64,000 bases of DNA. It comes from Rhodoblastus sp. GTDB taxonomy: Bacteria; Pseudomonadota; Alphaproteobacteria; Rhizobiales; Beijerinckiaceae. The stretch is from NCBI GenBank assembly GCA_036796555.1, contig DAIRCS010000002.1, positions 10,233 to 74,232 of the forward strand, given 5' to 3'. The notes beneath the pieces were generated by a model. That model did not search any database, was not told where the DNA came from, and worked only from the letters and a program-made list of their open reading frames with translations. Both the position numbers and the translations under genes were made by a program. This document shows, piece by piece, positions 10,355-20,877 of the stretch. Numbering within the stretch: the first letter of the stretch is position 1; each line of letters opens with the position of its first letter.

Positions 10355-11206
10355 GTGAACGCGCTTCCCGTTTCAGACAGGACCGACGCCAAAGCCGTCG
10401 CACGGCCCGCCCTGCGCGTCGCGTTGATCGGCTGGGGCGCCATCGCTCGGCGCTTTAGCGAATTGATCCGCGCCCGCAACGGCGCGCGTGTCGAGATCGC
10501 CGCGCTTTGCCTGCGCCGGACCTCGCCGCCGGCGGATGGACCGCAAGGCGCGCGCATCGTCGCCGACCCCGCCGCGCTTTCCGCGCTCGGCGTCGATCTC
10601 GTGATCGAGGCCGCCGGCCGCGACGCGGTCGCCCAGTGGGGCGAGGCCGCGCTTGCCGCCGCGCCCGCCTTCGCTGTGTCCTCCACCAGCGCCTTCTGCG
10701 ACGACGCGCTGCTCGCGCGCCTGCTGGCGGCCGCCGAGGCCAATCGCAGCCAGATCGTCGTGCCCGCGGGCGCGCTCGCGGGCGTCGACGGTCTTGCCGC
10801 GGCGTCCGTGCTCGGCCTGGCCGCCGTCGTCCATTCGATCGTGAAGCCCCCGGCCGCGTGGAAAGGCACGGAGGCCGAGACCCTGTGCGATCTCGCCGGT
10901 CTCGAAAGCGCGACCGTGTTCTTCGAAGGCGCGGCGCGCGAGGCGGCGCGGCGCTTTCCGCAGAACGCCAATGTCGCCGTCATCAGCGCGCTCGCGGGCC
11001 TGGGTCTCGACAGGACGAAGGTGCGGCTCGTCGCCGATCCCCGCGCCGCGCGCAACGGCCACAGCATCCGCGCGGAAGGCGATTTCGGCGTCATGGAAAT
11101 GACGATCCAGAACCGACCGCTCGCCGCCAATCCCAAGTCGTCGGAAATGACGGCGCTCAACCTCGTGCGCATGGTCGAGAACCGCATTCGACCGCTCGCG
11201 TGCTGA
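10355..11206 (+). CDS. aspartate dehydrogenase (NadX/DUF108) family protein
   Basis: LRVALIGWGAIARRF Rossmann start, then PAGALAGVDGLAAA, NANVAVISALAGLG and HSIRAEGDFG segments as in L-aspartate dehydrogenases. GTG 10355 is the only in-frame start I see upstream of the Rossmann motif, so the start is uncertain. Confidence 0.7.
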   Translation: MNALPVSDRTDAKAVARPALRVALIGWGAIARRFSELIRARNGARVEIAALCLRRTSPPADGPQGARIVADPAALSALGVDLVIEAAGRDAVAQWGEAALAAAPAFAVSSTSAFCDDALLARLLAAAEANRSQIVVPAGALAGVDGLAAASVLGLAAVVHSIVKPPAAWKGTEAETLCDLAGLESATVFFEGAAREAARRFPQNANVAVISALAGLGLDRTKVRLVADPRAARNGHSIRAEGDFGVMEMTIQNRPLAANPKSSEMTALNLVRMVENRIRPLAC

Positions 11207-11231
11207 CATCAAGATACGGAGCCTCTTCGAT

Positions 11232-12668
11232 ATGCCAGCCTACCCGGAGATTTCGCTCTACATCGGCGGCAGATGGCGCAACGCGAAAGACACGCTGCCC
11301 GTCCTCAATCCCGCCGACGAGAGCGTGATCGGGCGCGTCCCCGTCGCGACTGCCGCCGACCTCGACGATGCGCTGGCCGCAGCCGCCGAAGGGTTTCGCG
11401 TCTGGAGCCGCACGGCGCCGGCGAAGCGGGCCGAGGTGATGCTGAGGGCCGCGCAACTGATGCGCGCGCGCATCGAGGACATCGCCTATGCGATCACGCT
11501 CGAACACGGCAAGCCATTGCCGGCGGCGCGCGCGGAAGTGATCCGCGGCTGCGAATTCTTCGAATGGGACGCCGGCGAGGCGGTGCGCATGTACGGGCGC
11601 GTCATCCCGTCGGCGCCGGGCATTCGTTATGTCGTGCATCATCAGCCCATCGGCGCGGTCGCGGCCTTTTCGCCGTGGAACTTCCCGATGAGCCAGCCTG
11701 CGCGCAAGATCGCCGGCGCCATCGCGTCCGGCTGCTCGATCATCATCAAGGCGGCGGAGGAGACGCCGGGCGGCGCAATGCATATCGCGCGCGCCTTCCA
11801 CGACGCCGGCCTGCCGCCGGGCGTGCTCAATCTCGTCTTCGGCGTCCCCGCCGATATTTCGAGCTACCTGATCCCGCGCGATCCCGTCCGCATGGTCGCC
11901 TTCACCGGCTCGACCGCGGTCGGCAAATGGCTGAGCGAGCGCGCCGCCCGCGCGATGAAGCCGGTGCTGATGGAGCTTGGCGGCCACGCGCCCGTCATCG
12001 TCTGCGACGATGTGGACGCGGCGCGCGCCGGCCAGGTTTCGGCCGTCCGCAAGGCGCGCAACACGGGACAGGTCTGCACCTCGCCGACGCGCTTCTTCGT
12101 GATGGAGAAATCCTACCGGCGCTTCGCCGACGCCTTCGTCGAGCGGGCGAAGGCGATCCGCGTCGGCAACGGCATGGAGGAGGGCGTCGAGATGGGCCCG
12201 CTTGCCAACGGCCGGCGCATCGAGGCGCTGGAAGAGATGTCGGCGGACGCGCGCGCCAAGGGCGCCAGGATACTGGCGGGCGGCGATCGACTCGCCAACC
12301 GCGGCTATTTCTTCCCCGTCACCGTTTTGGCGGAAGCCTCGGATGACGTGATGGCGATGAAGGTCGAGCCCTTCGGCCCGCTCGCCATCATCAATCCCGT
12401 GCGCTCGCTCGACGAGGCCATCGCGAAGGCCAACGCCCTGCCTTTCGGCCTCGCCGCCTACGCCTTCACCCATTCCGCCGCCAACGCCGACCGGCTGAGC
12501 GACGAGATGGAATGCGGCAACCTGTCGATCAACACGCTCGAAGCCTCGGTGGCCGAGACGCCCTTCGGCGGCGTCAAGGAAAGCGGCTACGGGCGCGAGG
12601 GCGGCGCCGAGGGCCTGCATCATTACATGGTCGTCAAGAACGTCTCGCACAGCATGGACATCCGCTGA
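11232..12668 (+). CDS. NAD(P)-dependent aldehyde dehydrogenase (semialdehyde dehydrogenase-like)
   Basis: 478 aa with FSPWNFP, VAFTGSTAVG, LMELGGHAP (catalytic Glu context) and GQVCTSPTR (catalytic Cys). Confidence 0.9.
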   Translation: MPAYPEISLYIGGRWRNAKDTLPVLNPADESVIGRVPVATAADLDDALAAAAEGFRVWSRTAPAKRAEVMLRAAQLMRARIEDIAYAITLEHGKPLPAARAEVIRGCEFFEWDAGEAVRMYGRVIPSAPGIRYVVHHQPIGAVAAFSPWNFPMSQPARKIAGAIASGCSIIIKAAEETPGGAMHIARAFHDAGLPPGVLNLVFGVPADISSYLIPRDPVRMVAFTGSTAVGKWLSERAARAMKPVLMELGGHAPVIVCDDVDAARAGQVSAVRKARNTGQVCTSPTRFFVMEKSYRRFADAFVERAKAIRVGNGMEEGVEMGPLANGRRIEALEEMSADARAKGARILAGGDRLANRGYFFPVTVLAEASDDVMAMKVEPFGPLAIINPVRSLDEAIAKANALPFGLAAYAFTHSAANADRLSDEMECGNLSINTLEASVAETPFGGVKESGYGREGGAEGLHHYMVVKNVSHSMDIR

Positions 12669-12746
12669 CGACGTGATGGAATGCGACTTGCACGAGGTTC
12701 ATCGATCCTGCCGCGTTTGGCGGCGCAATCCGGGAAGGGGAATAGC

Positions 12747-13916
12747 ATGACGTTCCGCATCGCTGCGTCCGCGAGGCTCGCCGGCCTCGCGCTTGCTCTG
12801 GCGGCCTCGAGCGCCTTTGCGCAGGCGCCCGTCAAGATCGGCATGATCACCACGCTGTCGGGCCCCGGCGGCTATCTCGGCCAGGACGTGCGCGACGGAT
12901 TCAAGCTCGCGATCCAGGACGGCAAGCTCGGCGGCGTGCCGGTGGAGCTGCTCGTCGAGGACGACGGCCTGAAGCCCGGGCAGGGCAAGCAGATCGCCGA
13001 GAAATTCATGAAGACCGACGGTGTGAAGATTCTCACCGGCATCATCTTCTCCAACGTGGCCGGCGCGACCGTGCCCGACATCGTCGACGGCGGCGCGCTC
13101 TACGTCAGCCCGAACGCCGCGCCGTCGGCTTTCGCCGGCAAGGAATGCAACAAGAATTATTTCGTCATCGCCTGGCAGAACGATTCGCTGCACGAGAGCG
13201 CGGGGCAGATCGCCACCAATCTCGGCTACAAGAAGGCCTTCATCCTCGCGCCCAATTATCCCGCGGGCAAGGACGCGCTGACCGGCTTCAAGCGCTTCTT
13301 CAAGGGCGATATCGTCGGCGAAGTCTATACGCGCCTCGACCAGACCGATTTCGCCGCCGAACTCGCGCAGATCCGCGCGGCCAATCCTGACGTCGTCTTC
13401 CAGTTCCATCCGGGCGGCCTCGGCATCGCCTTCCTGCGCCAGTACGATCAGGCGGGCCTGCGCGGCAAGATTCCGATGGTGGTCGCCGAGCCCTCGCTCG
13501 ACGGCGTGACGCTCGCCGCCGTCGGCGACGCGGCGGAGGGACTGAACGTCTCCGCGCACTGGAACTCGGATTTCGACAATCCCGCCAACAAGGCGTTCAT
13601 GGCCGCCTGGACGAAGGCCTACAACCGTCCCGCGACCTATTATTCCAGCCAGGGCTACGACACGGCGCTCGCGCTCGCTTCGGCGCTCAAGGCGACGGGC
13701 GGCAAGACCGACGCGGACGCGCTGGGCGCCGCGCTGCGCAAGGCCGATTTCCAGTCGGTGCGCGGCAAGTTCAAGTTCGGCCCCAACCAGCATCCGGTGC
13801 AGGATTGGTATGCGCTCAAGGTCGAGCGCGGCGCCGACGGCAAGCTCGCGATCGTGACCAAGGGCGTCGTGATGAAGGATCACGGCGACGCCTACGCCGC
13901 GCAATGCAAGATGTGA
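12747..13916 (+). CDS. ABC transporter substrate-binding protein, branched-chain amino-acid (LivK/LivJ) type
   Basis: ATG at 12747 follows GGGAAGGGG. Signal peptide MTFRIAASARLAGLALALAASSAFAQA, then PVKIGMITTLSGPGGYLGQD, typical of Leu/Ile/Val-binding-protein family SBPs. Confidence 0.85.
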   Translation: MTFRIAASARLAGLALALAASSAFAQAPVKIGMITTLSGPGGYLGQDVRDGFKLAIQDGKLGGVPVELLVEDDGLKPGQGKQIAEKFMKTDGVKILTGIIFSNVAGATVPDIVDGGALYVSPNAAPSAFAGKECNKNYFVIAWQNDSLHESAGQIATNLGYKKAFILAPNYPAGKDALTGFKRFFKGDIVGEVYTRLDQTDFAAELAQIRAANPDVVFQFHPGGLGIAFLRQYDQAGLRGKIPMVVAEPSLDGVTLAAVGDAAEGLNVSAHWNSDFDNPANKAFMAAWTKAYNRPATYYSSQGYDTALALASALKATGGKTDADALGAALRKADFQSVRGKFKFGPNQHPVQDWYALKVERGADGKLAIVTKGVVMKDHGDAYAAQCKM

Positions 13917-13963
13917 CGGGCGCGTAGGGCGATGCGCGCGGCGGCCGGCGGAAGGGCGCGATC

Positions 13964-14878
13964 ATGACGCTCGTGTTCGAGCAATTGCTCAACGGCCTGC
14001 AGCTCGGCGTGATGCTGTTCCTGCTGGCCGCCGGGCTCACGCTCATCTTCGGCGTCATGGGCGTCATCAATCTCGCCCACGGCTCGCTCTACATGGTCGG
14101 CGCCTACGCCGCCGCGCTCACGGCCTCCAGAACGGGCTCGCCCGTTCTGGCGCTCGTGGCGGGCGTCGCCGCCGCCGCCGTCGTCGGCATGGCGATGGAG
14201 CTGACGGTGATGCGTCGTCTCTATGCGCGCGATCATCTCGATCAGGTGCTGGCGACCTTCGCCCTCATCATGATCTTCAATCAGGCGACGACCGCGCTGT
14301 TCGGGCGCCAGCCGCTGTTCGTGTCCGTTCCGCCGCTGCTGTCGGGATCGGTGCAGATTCCGCCGGGCTTCGCCTATCCCGTGTTCCGTCTCGCGATCAT
14401 CGCCGTCGGACTCCTGGTGGCGGTCGGACTTTATTTTCTCATCAACAGGACGCGCGTCGGCATGCTGGTGCGCGCGGGCTCCACGCACCGCCAGATGGTG
14501 CGCGCGCTCGGCGTCGACATCCGCCTGCTGTTCACCATCGTCTTCGGCCTCGGCGCGCTGCTGGCGGGTCTGGCCGGCGTGATGGCGGGGCCGATCCTGT
14601 CGGTGCAGGTCGGCATGGGCGAGCAGATCCTCATCCTCACTTTCGTCGTCGTCGTCATCGGCGGCGTCGGCTCGGTGCGTGGCGCGCTGTTCGGCGCGCT
14701 GACCGTCGGGCTGGTCGACACGCTGCTGCGCGCCTTCCTGCCGGGCCTGCTGCGCGGGTTCATGCAGGTCGCCGACGCCGACGCGCTGGCGGGCGGCCTG
14801 TCCTCCATGGGCGTCTATCTCCTGATGGCGCTGGTGCTTCTGGCGCGCCCCAAGGGGCTGTTCCCCGCCAATGGCTGA
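13964..14878 (+). CDS. branched-chain amino-acid ABC transporter permease (LivH-like)
   Basis: 304 aa, polytopic hydrophobic. Has the MTLVFEQLLNGLQLGVMLFLLAAGLTLIFGVMGVINLAHG start typical of LivH. Confidence 0.85.
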   Translation: MTLVFEQLLNGLQLGVMLFLLAAGLTLIFGVMGVINLAHGSLYMVGAYAAALTASRTGSPVLALVAGVAAAAVVGMAMELTVMRRLYARDHLDQVLATFALIMIFNQATTALFGRQPLFVSVPPLLSGSVQIPPGFAYPVFRLAIIAVGLLVAVGLYFLINRTRVGMLVRAGSTHRQMVRALGVDIRLLFTIVFGLGALLAGLAGVMAGPILSVQVGMGEQILILTFVVVVIGGVGSVRGALFGALTVGLVDTLLRAFLPGLLRGFMQVADADALAGGLSSMGVYLLMALVLLARPKGLFPANG

Positions 14879-15869
14879 TCCCGCGCCGTCCTCTCTGTCG
14901 CGCTACGTCGCGGCCCTCGCGCTGCTCGCGGCCCTGTGCGCCTTTCCCTGGATCGCCGACAGGCTCGGCCAGCCGGCGCTCACGCCGCTCGCCGCCCGCA
15001 TCCTCATCTACGGAATCGCCGCGGCGAGCCTCAATCTCGCGCTCGGCTTCGGCGGCATGGTCTCGTTCGGCCACGCGGCCTTCTTCGGTCTCGGCGGCTA
15101 CGTCGCCGGCGTCATGGCGCTCGGCGCGCGCACCGGCGATCTCGCCTTCGGCCTGTTTCCGGGGTCGGACCAGCTCGTCGTCGTGCTCCTCGTCGCCGCC
15201 GCGTTCGGCGGCCTGCTCGCCGCCGTCATCGGCGGCCTGTCGCTGCGCACGGCGGGCGTGCAATTCATCATGATCACGCTCGCCTTCGCGCAGATGATGT
15301 TTTTTCTGTTCCTGTCGCTGAAGGCCTACGGCGGCGATGACGGACTCACCATCCGCCGCCGGCTAGCGCTCGGCGCGCTCGACATGCGCGACGACAAGAC
15401 GCTTTATTTCATCGCGCTCGCCTGCGCCGTCGCGATCTTCCTGCTGCTGTGGCGCATCGTGGTCTCGCGCTTCGGCCGCGCTTTATCGGGCGTGCGGCAG
15501 AACGAAATGCGCATGCAGGCGATCGGCGTCGCGCCGCGCCGCTACAGGCTCGCGGCCTTCGTCATGTCCGGCGTCGGCGCGGCTGTCGCCGGCGCCCTGA
15601 TGGCCAACCAGATGCGCTTCGTCTCGCCCGATATGCTGCACTGGACCAAGTCGGGCGAACTCATGATCATGGTCATTCTCGGCGGCGTCGGCACGCTGCT
15701 CGGCCCCTTTCTCGGCGCGGCGACGCTCGTCGGCCTCGAGACGGTCCTCGGCGCATGGACCGAGAACTGGCAATTGCTGCTCGGGCCCGCTCTTCTCGCG
15801 ATCGTTCTGTTCACCCACGGCGGGCTGGTGGGACTGGCGGCCGCGCTCGGAGTCGGGAAGCGCTCATGA
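14871..15869 (+). CDS. branched-chain amino-acid ABC transporter permease (LivM-like)
   Basis: 332 aa, hydrophobic, with NLALGFGGMVSFGHAAFFGLGGY. Overlaps the livH-like stop by 8 nt. Confidence 0.85.
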   Translation: MADPAPSSLSRYVAALALLAALCAFPWIADRLGQPALTPLAARILIYGIAAASLNLALGFGGMVSFGHAAFFGLGGYVAGVMALGARTGDLAFGLFPGSDQLVVVLLVAAAFGGLLAAVIGGLSLRTAGVQFIMITLAFAQMMFFLFLSLKAYGGDDGLTIRRRLALGALDMRDDKTLYFIALACAVAIFLLLWRIVVSRFGRALSGVRQNEMRMQAIGVAPRRYRLAAFVMSGVGAAVAGALMANQMRFVSPDMLHWTKSGELMIMVILGGVGTLLGPFLGAATLVGLETVLGAWTENWQLLLGPALLAIVLFTHGGLVGLAAALGVGKRS

Positions 15870-16629
15870 CGGCGGATGCGCAAGCCCCGCTGCTCGACGT
15901 GCGCGGCCTGCGCAAGAGGTTTGGCGGGCTGGTGGCGACCGACAATGTGTCGCTCGACGTGCGGCCGGGCGAAATTCACGCGCTGATCGGCCCCAACGGC
16001 GCCGGCAAATCGACATTGATCGCCCAGCTCATCGGCCAGCTTCGTCACGACGGCGGCGAAATCCTGCTCGGCGGCGCGCGCATCGACCAGCTTCCCGCCT
16101 CGGCGCGCGTGCGGCGCGGGCTCGGCCGCACATTCCAGATCACGCAGCTTCTGCCCGAATTTTCCGCGCTGGAGAATGTGGCTCTGGCGATCCAGGCGCG
16201 CGAGGGCCACAGCTTCCGCTTCCTGCGCGCCGCAGCGCGCGAGGAGCGCCTGAACGCGCCCGCGCGCCGGCGATTGGAAGAGGCCGGTCTCGCCGCGCGG
16301 GCGCATGTGAAAGTCGCGGCGCTCTCGCAGGGCGAGCGCAAGCAGCTCGAACTCGCCATCGCGCTCGCCGGCGAGCCGCGCCTGCTTCTGCTCGACGAGC
16401 CCATGGCGGGCCTCGGCCCCGGCGAGAGCGCCGAAATGGTCGAGACGTTGCGGGCTCTGAAGGGGCAGGTCGGCATGCTCTTGGTCGAGCACGACATGGA
16501 CGCGGTCTTCGCGCTCGCCGACCGCATTTCCGTGCTCGTCTACGGCAGAATCGTCGCAACCGGCGATCCCGCCGCGATCCGCGACGATCCCGTGGTGCAT
16601 ACGGCCTATCTCGGCGAGGGAGACGCCTG

Positions 16630-16630
<1 letters not shown>
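15866..16630 (+). CDS. ABC transporter ATP-binding protein (LivG-like)
   Basis: ATG at 15866. Walker A GPNGAGKST, signature LSQGERKQLE, Walker B LLLLDEP. Confidence 0.9.
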
Positions 16631-17331
<701 letters not shown>

Positions 17332-17560
17332 CTGACGGCCGATTGAAAGTCGATAGTGGCGGATATGCGGGCCGGTTCGGGAAGCCTGACGTCGACGCAG
17401 GCGCTCGATGAGCTATGAATAGCTCACTGGATCGTGCAATCATGCCCGCGTATGGTCTGGCCGGCTTGCGAGGCAAGGCTTTATTCTCGGCTACGTTGGC
17501 GCGCGGAACGACGGCCCGGGAATGCGCGGCGCGCCGGGTTCGGGGGGTGGGTCCGATTCC

Positions 17561-19828
17561 ATGTGGAGTGTTGCAAGAGGCGGATTGCGCGCGGCGCTGT
17601 TTGCGCTGGCGCTGTTCTCCGCGTGCCTGCCTGCCGCGCAATGCCGGGCGGCGCCGGTCGAACTCGGGCGCGACGCCGCGCGCATGATCGACCGCGCCGG
17701 GAACCTGACGGTCGAACAGCTTGCCGCCGATCCCGGCCTGTTCGAGCCCTCGGACGGAAGGCCGGCGAATTTCGGCGCGCGCGGCGATCCGCACGCGGCC
17801 ATGTGGCTCAGGATCGACGCGCCCGTCCTCGACGCCGCCGCCAGGACCTACGTCCTGTCGACGCCCGAAACGCGCGTGCGCGCCTTCTATGTCTTTGCGC
17901 CGGGCCCGGGCGGCTGGACGCGTTACGCCTGGGATGAGCAGCGCGGCGCCTCCACGCGGGCCGCGACGACCCGGTTTCCGTCCATCCATGCGCCGCGCGA
18001 CGCCATCTCGGGCAAGACGCTCTACATCCGCGTCGGAACGGCCTCGTCCATGCGCGGCCTGATCTTTCTGCAGACCGAAAGGGAATTCGCGGCGAGCTAC
18101 GCCGCGAGCAATTTCGTGTTCTCGATCGCCGCCGGCATGCTGGCGTCGCTGGCGATCTACCTCGTCGCCACCGGCTGGGCGGCGGGAGACCGCGCGCTCG
18201 TCACGCTCGGCGCCTTCTCCTTCGCCTATCTCTGCTATCTGCTTTCGCAACTCGCCTTCGTCGAGACGATCATCCTGCCCGGCGCGCGCGAACTGTCGCG
18301 CGCGATCTCCACGGCCTCGACATTCTGGCTGTTTACGGCCTGGGCGGCGTTCACGAATATCTATCTCGACGTTCGCCGGCATCGGCCGCTCGTCGCGCGG
18401 GGGCTCGCGGCTCTCGCCGTCGTCTGTTTCGTCGCATCCTTCCTCAACGCCGCCAGCACGCTCGCCGAATGGAACGTCATCTTTCCGCGCGCGACGCCGA
18501 TTCTCGGCGTGACGACGCTGCTGGCCGGATTCGCGGCGGCCCTGTCGATGATCGCGCCGACGCCGCGGCGCGCGATTGTCTATCTGCTGTGCTGGTCGCC
18601 GGGCATCGCGGCAGGCGTGCTGCGGCTCTCATTCGATCTCTTTCCGGCCCTCGGCGCGAATTACCTCGCGCTGAACGCGACCTATCTGGCGACCTGCTTC
18701 TGCCTCCTCGTCTTCGGCATCGCTATATCCGTCGAAATGTATCGACGGGAGCTGGCCTTGCGCCATGCGCTTTCGGCGACCGGCGACCGGCTGCGCGACT
18801 TCGCCGAATCCGTCGCCGACAGTTTCTGGGAGACGGACGCCTCGGGCCGCGTGACGTTCGCCAGCGGCAGGACGTCGGCCGTTCTGGGCCTCGCCCCCGG
18901 CGTCGATCTTGCCGCGCGATTGCGGCCGCATCTGCCGGCCGACGATGCGCCCGCATTCGCCGGCGCGCCGGCGCGCACGCTGTTGACGGCGGGCGCGCAA
19001 AAACTCGAATTGCGCGGAACGCCGCGGCTCGATCCGACCGGGACGCTCATCGGCTATCGCGGCGTCCTGTCCGACCTCACGCAGGACCTGGAGGAACAGG
19101 AGCGCCGCGCGCAGCAGCAGAAGCTCGCCGCGATCGGCCAGCTCGCCGGCGGCGTCGCGCACGAGATCAACAACCTGCTTCATCCGATCGTCAATCTCGC
19201 GCGCCGCGCGACGGACAGGCTCGACCCGGCCGACGCTGAGGGACGGCGCTGGCTGACGATTGTCGTCGAATCCGGCGAACGGGCCGCGCAGATCGTCGCC
19301 TCGCTGCTGCGCAGCGTGCGTCCCGCCGCCGGGCGCCAGGCGCCGCAGCCCCTGCGTCTGTCGCTCGAACGCGCGCTCGCCGCGATCCGCGCCATCACGC
19401 CGGCGGGCGTCTCGCTGTCGCTCGCCAGCGACGGCGCCGCCGGCCCCGATCTGCTCGAGCAGGACGTCTTTCAGGTGGTCGCCAATCTCGTGTCGAACGC
19501 GGTGCAGGCGACGAGCGGCGCCGGGCGCGTCGTCGTGGATCTCAGGCGGTCCGCCGGTCCGGCGGGGGATCGATTTACGCTGAGCGTGACCGATAACGGA
19601 TGCGGCATGGCGGACGACGTGCGGCAGAAGGCGCTCGAACCTTTTTTCACCACGCGCGCGATCGGCGAGGGACATGGGCTCGGGCTCTTCGTCGTTTACG
19701 AGATCGTGCGTAAATGGAACGGCGAAATCGCGATAAGCTCGTCGCCGGGCGCCGGCGCGACGGTCGCGATCAGCATTCCGGCAAATCCATCGCAAGCGGA
19801 GTTTCCCGATGCGCATTCTCGTCATTGA
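17561..19828 (+). CDS. sensor histidine kinase with periplasmic 7TMR-DISMED2-like domain, 7 TM helices, PAS-like region, HisKA and HATPase_c
   Basis: ATG at 17561 gives a signal/TM start (MWSVARGGLRAALFALALFSACLPAA). A run of about 7 hydrophobic helices follows (aa 190-400). H-box GQLAGGVAHEINNLL, N-box VVANLVSNAVQA, G-boxes DNGCGM and GHGLGL. Confidence 0.8.
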   Translation: MWSVARGGLRAALFALALFSACLPAAQCRAAPVELGRDAARMIDRAGNLTVEQLAADPGLFEPSDGRPANFGARGDPHAAMWLRIDAPVLDAAARTYVLSTPETRVRAFYVFAPGPGGWTRYAWDEQRGASTRAATTRFPSIHAPRDAISGKTLYIRVGTASSMRGLIFLQTEREFAASYAASNFVFSIAAGMLASLAIYLVATGWAAGDRALVTLGAFSFAYLCYLLSQLAFVETIILPGARELSRAISTASTFWLFTAWAAFTNIYLDVRRHRPLVARGLAALAVVCFVASFLNAASTLAEWNVIFPRATPILGVTTLLAGFAAALSMIAPTPRRAIVYLLCWSPGIAAGVLRLSFDLFPALGANYLALNATYLATCFCLLVFGIAISVEMYRRELALRHALSATGDRLRDFAESVADSFWETDASGRVTFASGRTSAVLGLAPGVDLAARLRPHLPADDAPAFAGAPARTLLTAGAQKLELRGTPRLDPTGTLIGYRGVLSDLTQDLEEQERRAQQQKLAAIGQLAGGVAHEINNLLHPIVNLARRATDRLDPADAEGRRWLTIVVESGERAAQIVASLLRSVRPAAGRQAPQPLRLSLERALAAIRAITPAGVSLSLASDGAAGPDLLEQDVFQVVANLVSNAVQATSGAGRVVVDLRRSAGPAGDRFTLSVTDNGCGMADDVRQKALEPFFTTRAIGEGHGLGLFVVYEIVRKWNGEIAISSSPGAGATVAISIPANPSQAEFPDAHSRH

Positions 19829-20177
19829 CGACGTGGCCGCCGTCCGCGAATCGCTCGCGGGCGCGCTTGCGGCGGCCGGCCATTCCGTGACGCTCGCCGA
19901 GCGCGGCGACACGGCGCTGGAACTGGCGACGCGGGAAGATTTCGATGCGGTCGTCACCGATCTCTGGATGCCCGGGATGGACGGGCTCGACCTGATCAAG
20001 AATCTTCGCGGCCGCAAACCCGGTCTTCGCATCTTCGCCATGACGGGCGGCGGCCCGCGCCTGACGACGGAGACCGCTTCGGCGATCGCGGAGGTCTGGG
20101 GCGCCGAGGAAACGCTGATCAAGCCGTTCGACGAGCGCGCGCTCGTCCGCAAGCTCGCGCAGACGCCCGGCGGCTGA
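19809..20177 (+). CDS. single-domain response regulator (CheY-like receiver)
   Basis: MRILVIDDV...VVTDLWMPGMDG...LIKPF (acidic pocket, phospho-Asp, conserved Lys). No output domain. Overlaps the kinase 3' end by 20 nt. Confidence 0.85.
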   Translation: MRILVIDDVAAVRESLAGALAAAGHSVTLAERGDTALELATREDFDAVVTDLWMPGMDGLDLIKNLRGRKPGLRIFAMTGGGPRLTTETASAIAEVWGAEETLIKPFDERALVRKLAQTPGG

Positions 20178-20202
20178 AGCTCGCCCACAGGCGGAAACAG
20201 CG

Positions 20203-20359
20203 TCGTCATTGCGAGCCCGGCAGAAGTCTGCTTTTGCCGACTTCGCCTGAAAGCGAAGCAATCCATCCACCGGGATTTGATCCAGTTCCGGGGATGGATT
20301 GCTTCGTCGCTTCAGGTGAAACCGCAACGCGGTTTCACCGGAGCTCCTCGCAATGACGG
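20203..20359. repeat. composite nested-palindrome intergenic element (REP/MITE-like)
   Basis: Outer arms are GTCATTGCGAG (20205-20215) and CTCGCAATGAC (20347-20357). Inner arms are GAAGCAATCCATCC (20255-20268) and GGATGGATTGCTTC (20292-20305). A perfect 11-bp stem GGTGAAACCGC-aac-GCGGTTTCACC lies at 20315-20339. The element sits between convergent genes. Confidence 0.6.
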
Positions 20360-20433
20360 CCGGATGATTCTGCTTCACCGTGGAACGCTTTAGATTGGCC
20401 CGTTCGCGGGGGCCGAAAACATGGCCGGAACCG

Positions 20434-20877
20434 TCAGCCGTCGTCGTCCGCGCCCTGGCGCTTGGCCGACTGGATGGCGCCGAGGATCGCCTCGCAGGCG
20501 AGCGCCAGGGCCTCGGCCTGGTTCGACGGCAGGCCGGCGAGCGCCCGCGCGACCACGAGCAGGGGGTCGGCGGCGAGCAGCGCGCGGCCCATCTCGGTCA
20601 GTTCCACACCCACGAGGCGACCGCGTCCCGCAGACCCCGTCTTGCGGAGCAGGCGCTTGTCGATGAGCGTCCGCACCGTGCGCGACGTCGGCCCGAACGC
20701 CATGCCCTGATATCGCGCGAGCGCGACGGTCGTGTTGTGGGGCGGCGTGGCGTCCCGGAAATAGCGCAGGGCCGTCCATTGCGCAGGAAACAGACCGCCC
20801 TCGTGCCCCTGCGAATGAAGCGCGCGCGCGAGCTGGTCGACCAGGCGCGCGAGCGGCTCCCTGGCGATTCTGGTCAA
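20434..20877 (-). CDS. MarR-family transcriptional regulator
   Basis: 147 aa. The winged-helix region LFPAQWTALRYF...TVALARYQGMAFGPTSRTVRTLIDKRLLRK...GRLVGVELTEMG is MarR-like. Confidence 0.85.
   Translation of the reverse strand: MTRIAREPLARLVDQLARALHSQGHEGGLFPAQWTALRYFRDATPPHNTTVALARYQGMAFGPTSRTVRTLIDKRLLRKTGSAGRGRLVGVELTEMGRALLAADPLLVVARALAGLPSNQAEALALACEAILGAIQSAKRQGADDDG

Noticed and set aside
9727-11206. Reading the HAO plus NadX-like pair simply as a de novo NAD (quinolinate) biosynthesis operon
   Set aside because: No nadA, nadC, kynureninase or tryptophan dioxygenase genes accompany them. The LysR, ABC-importer and ALDH context looks catabolic, so the NAD explanation is insufficient. 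It is not excluded for individual enzymes.
9310-11212. ORFs 9310..11187(-) 625 aa and 10373..11212(-) 279 aa
   Set aside because: They are antisense to the DHDPS-like, HAO and Asp-DH-like genes. They have low-complexity Ala/Ser/Arg composition and no start context.
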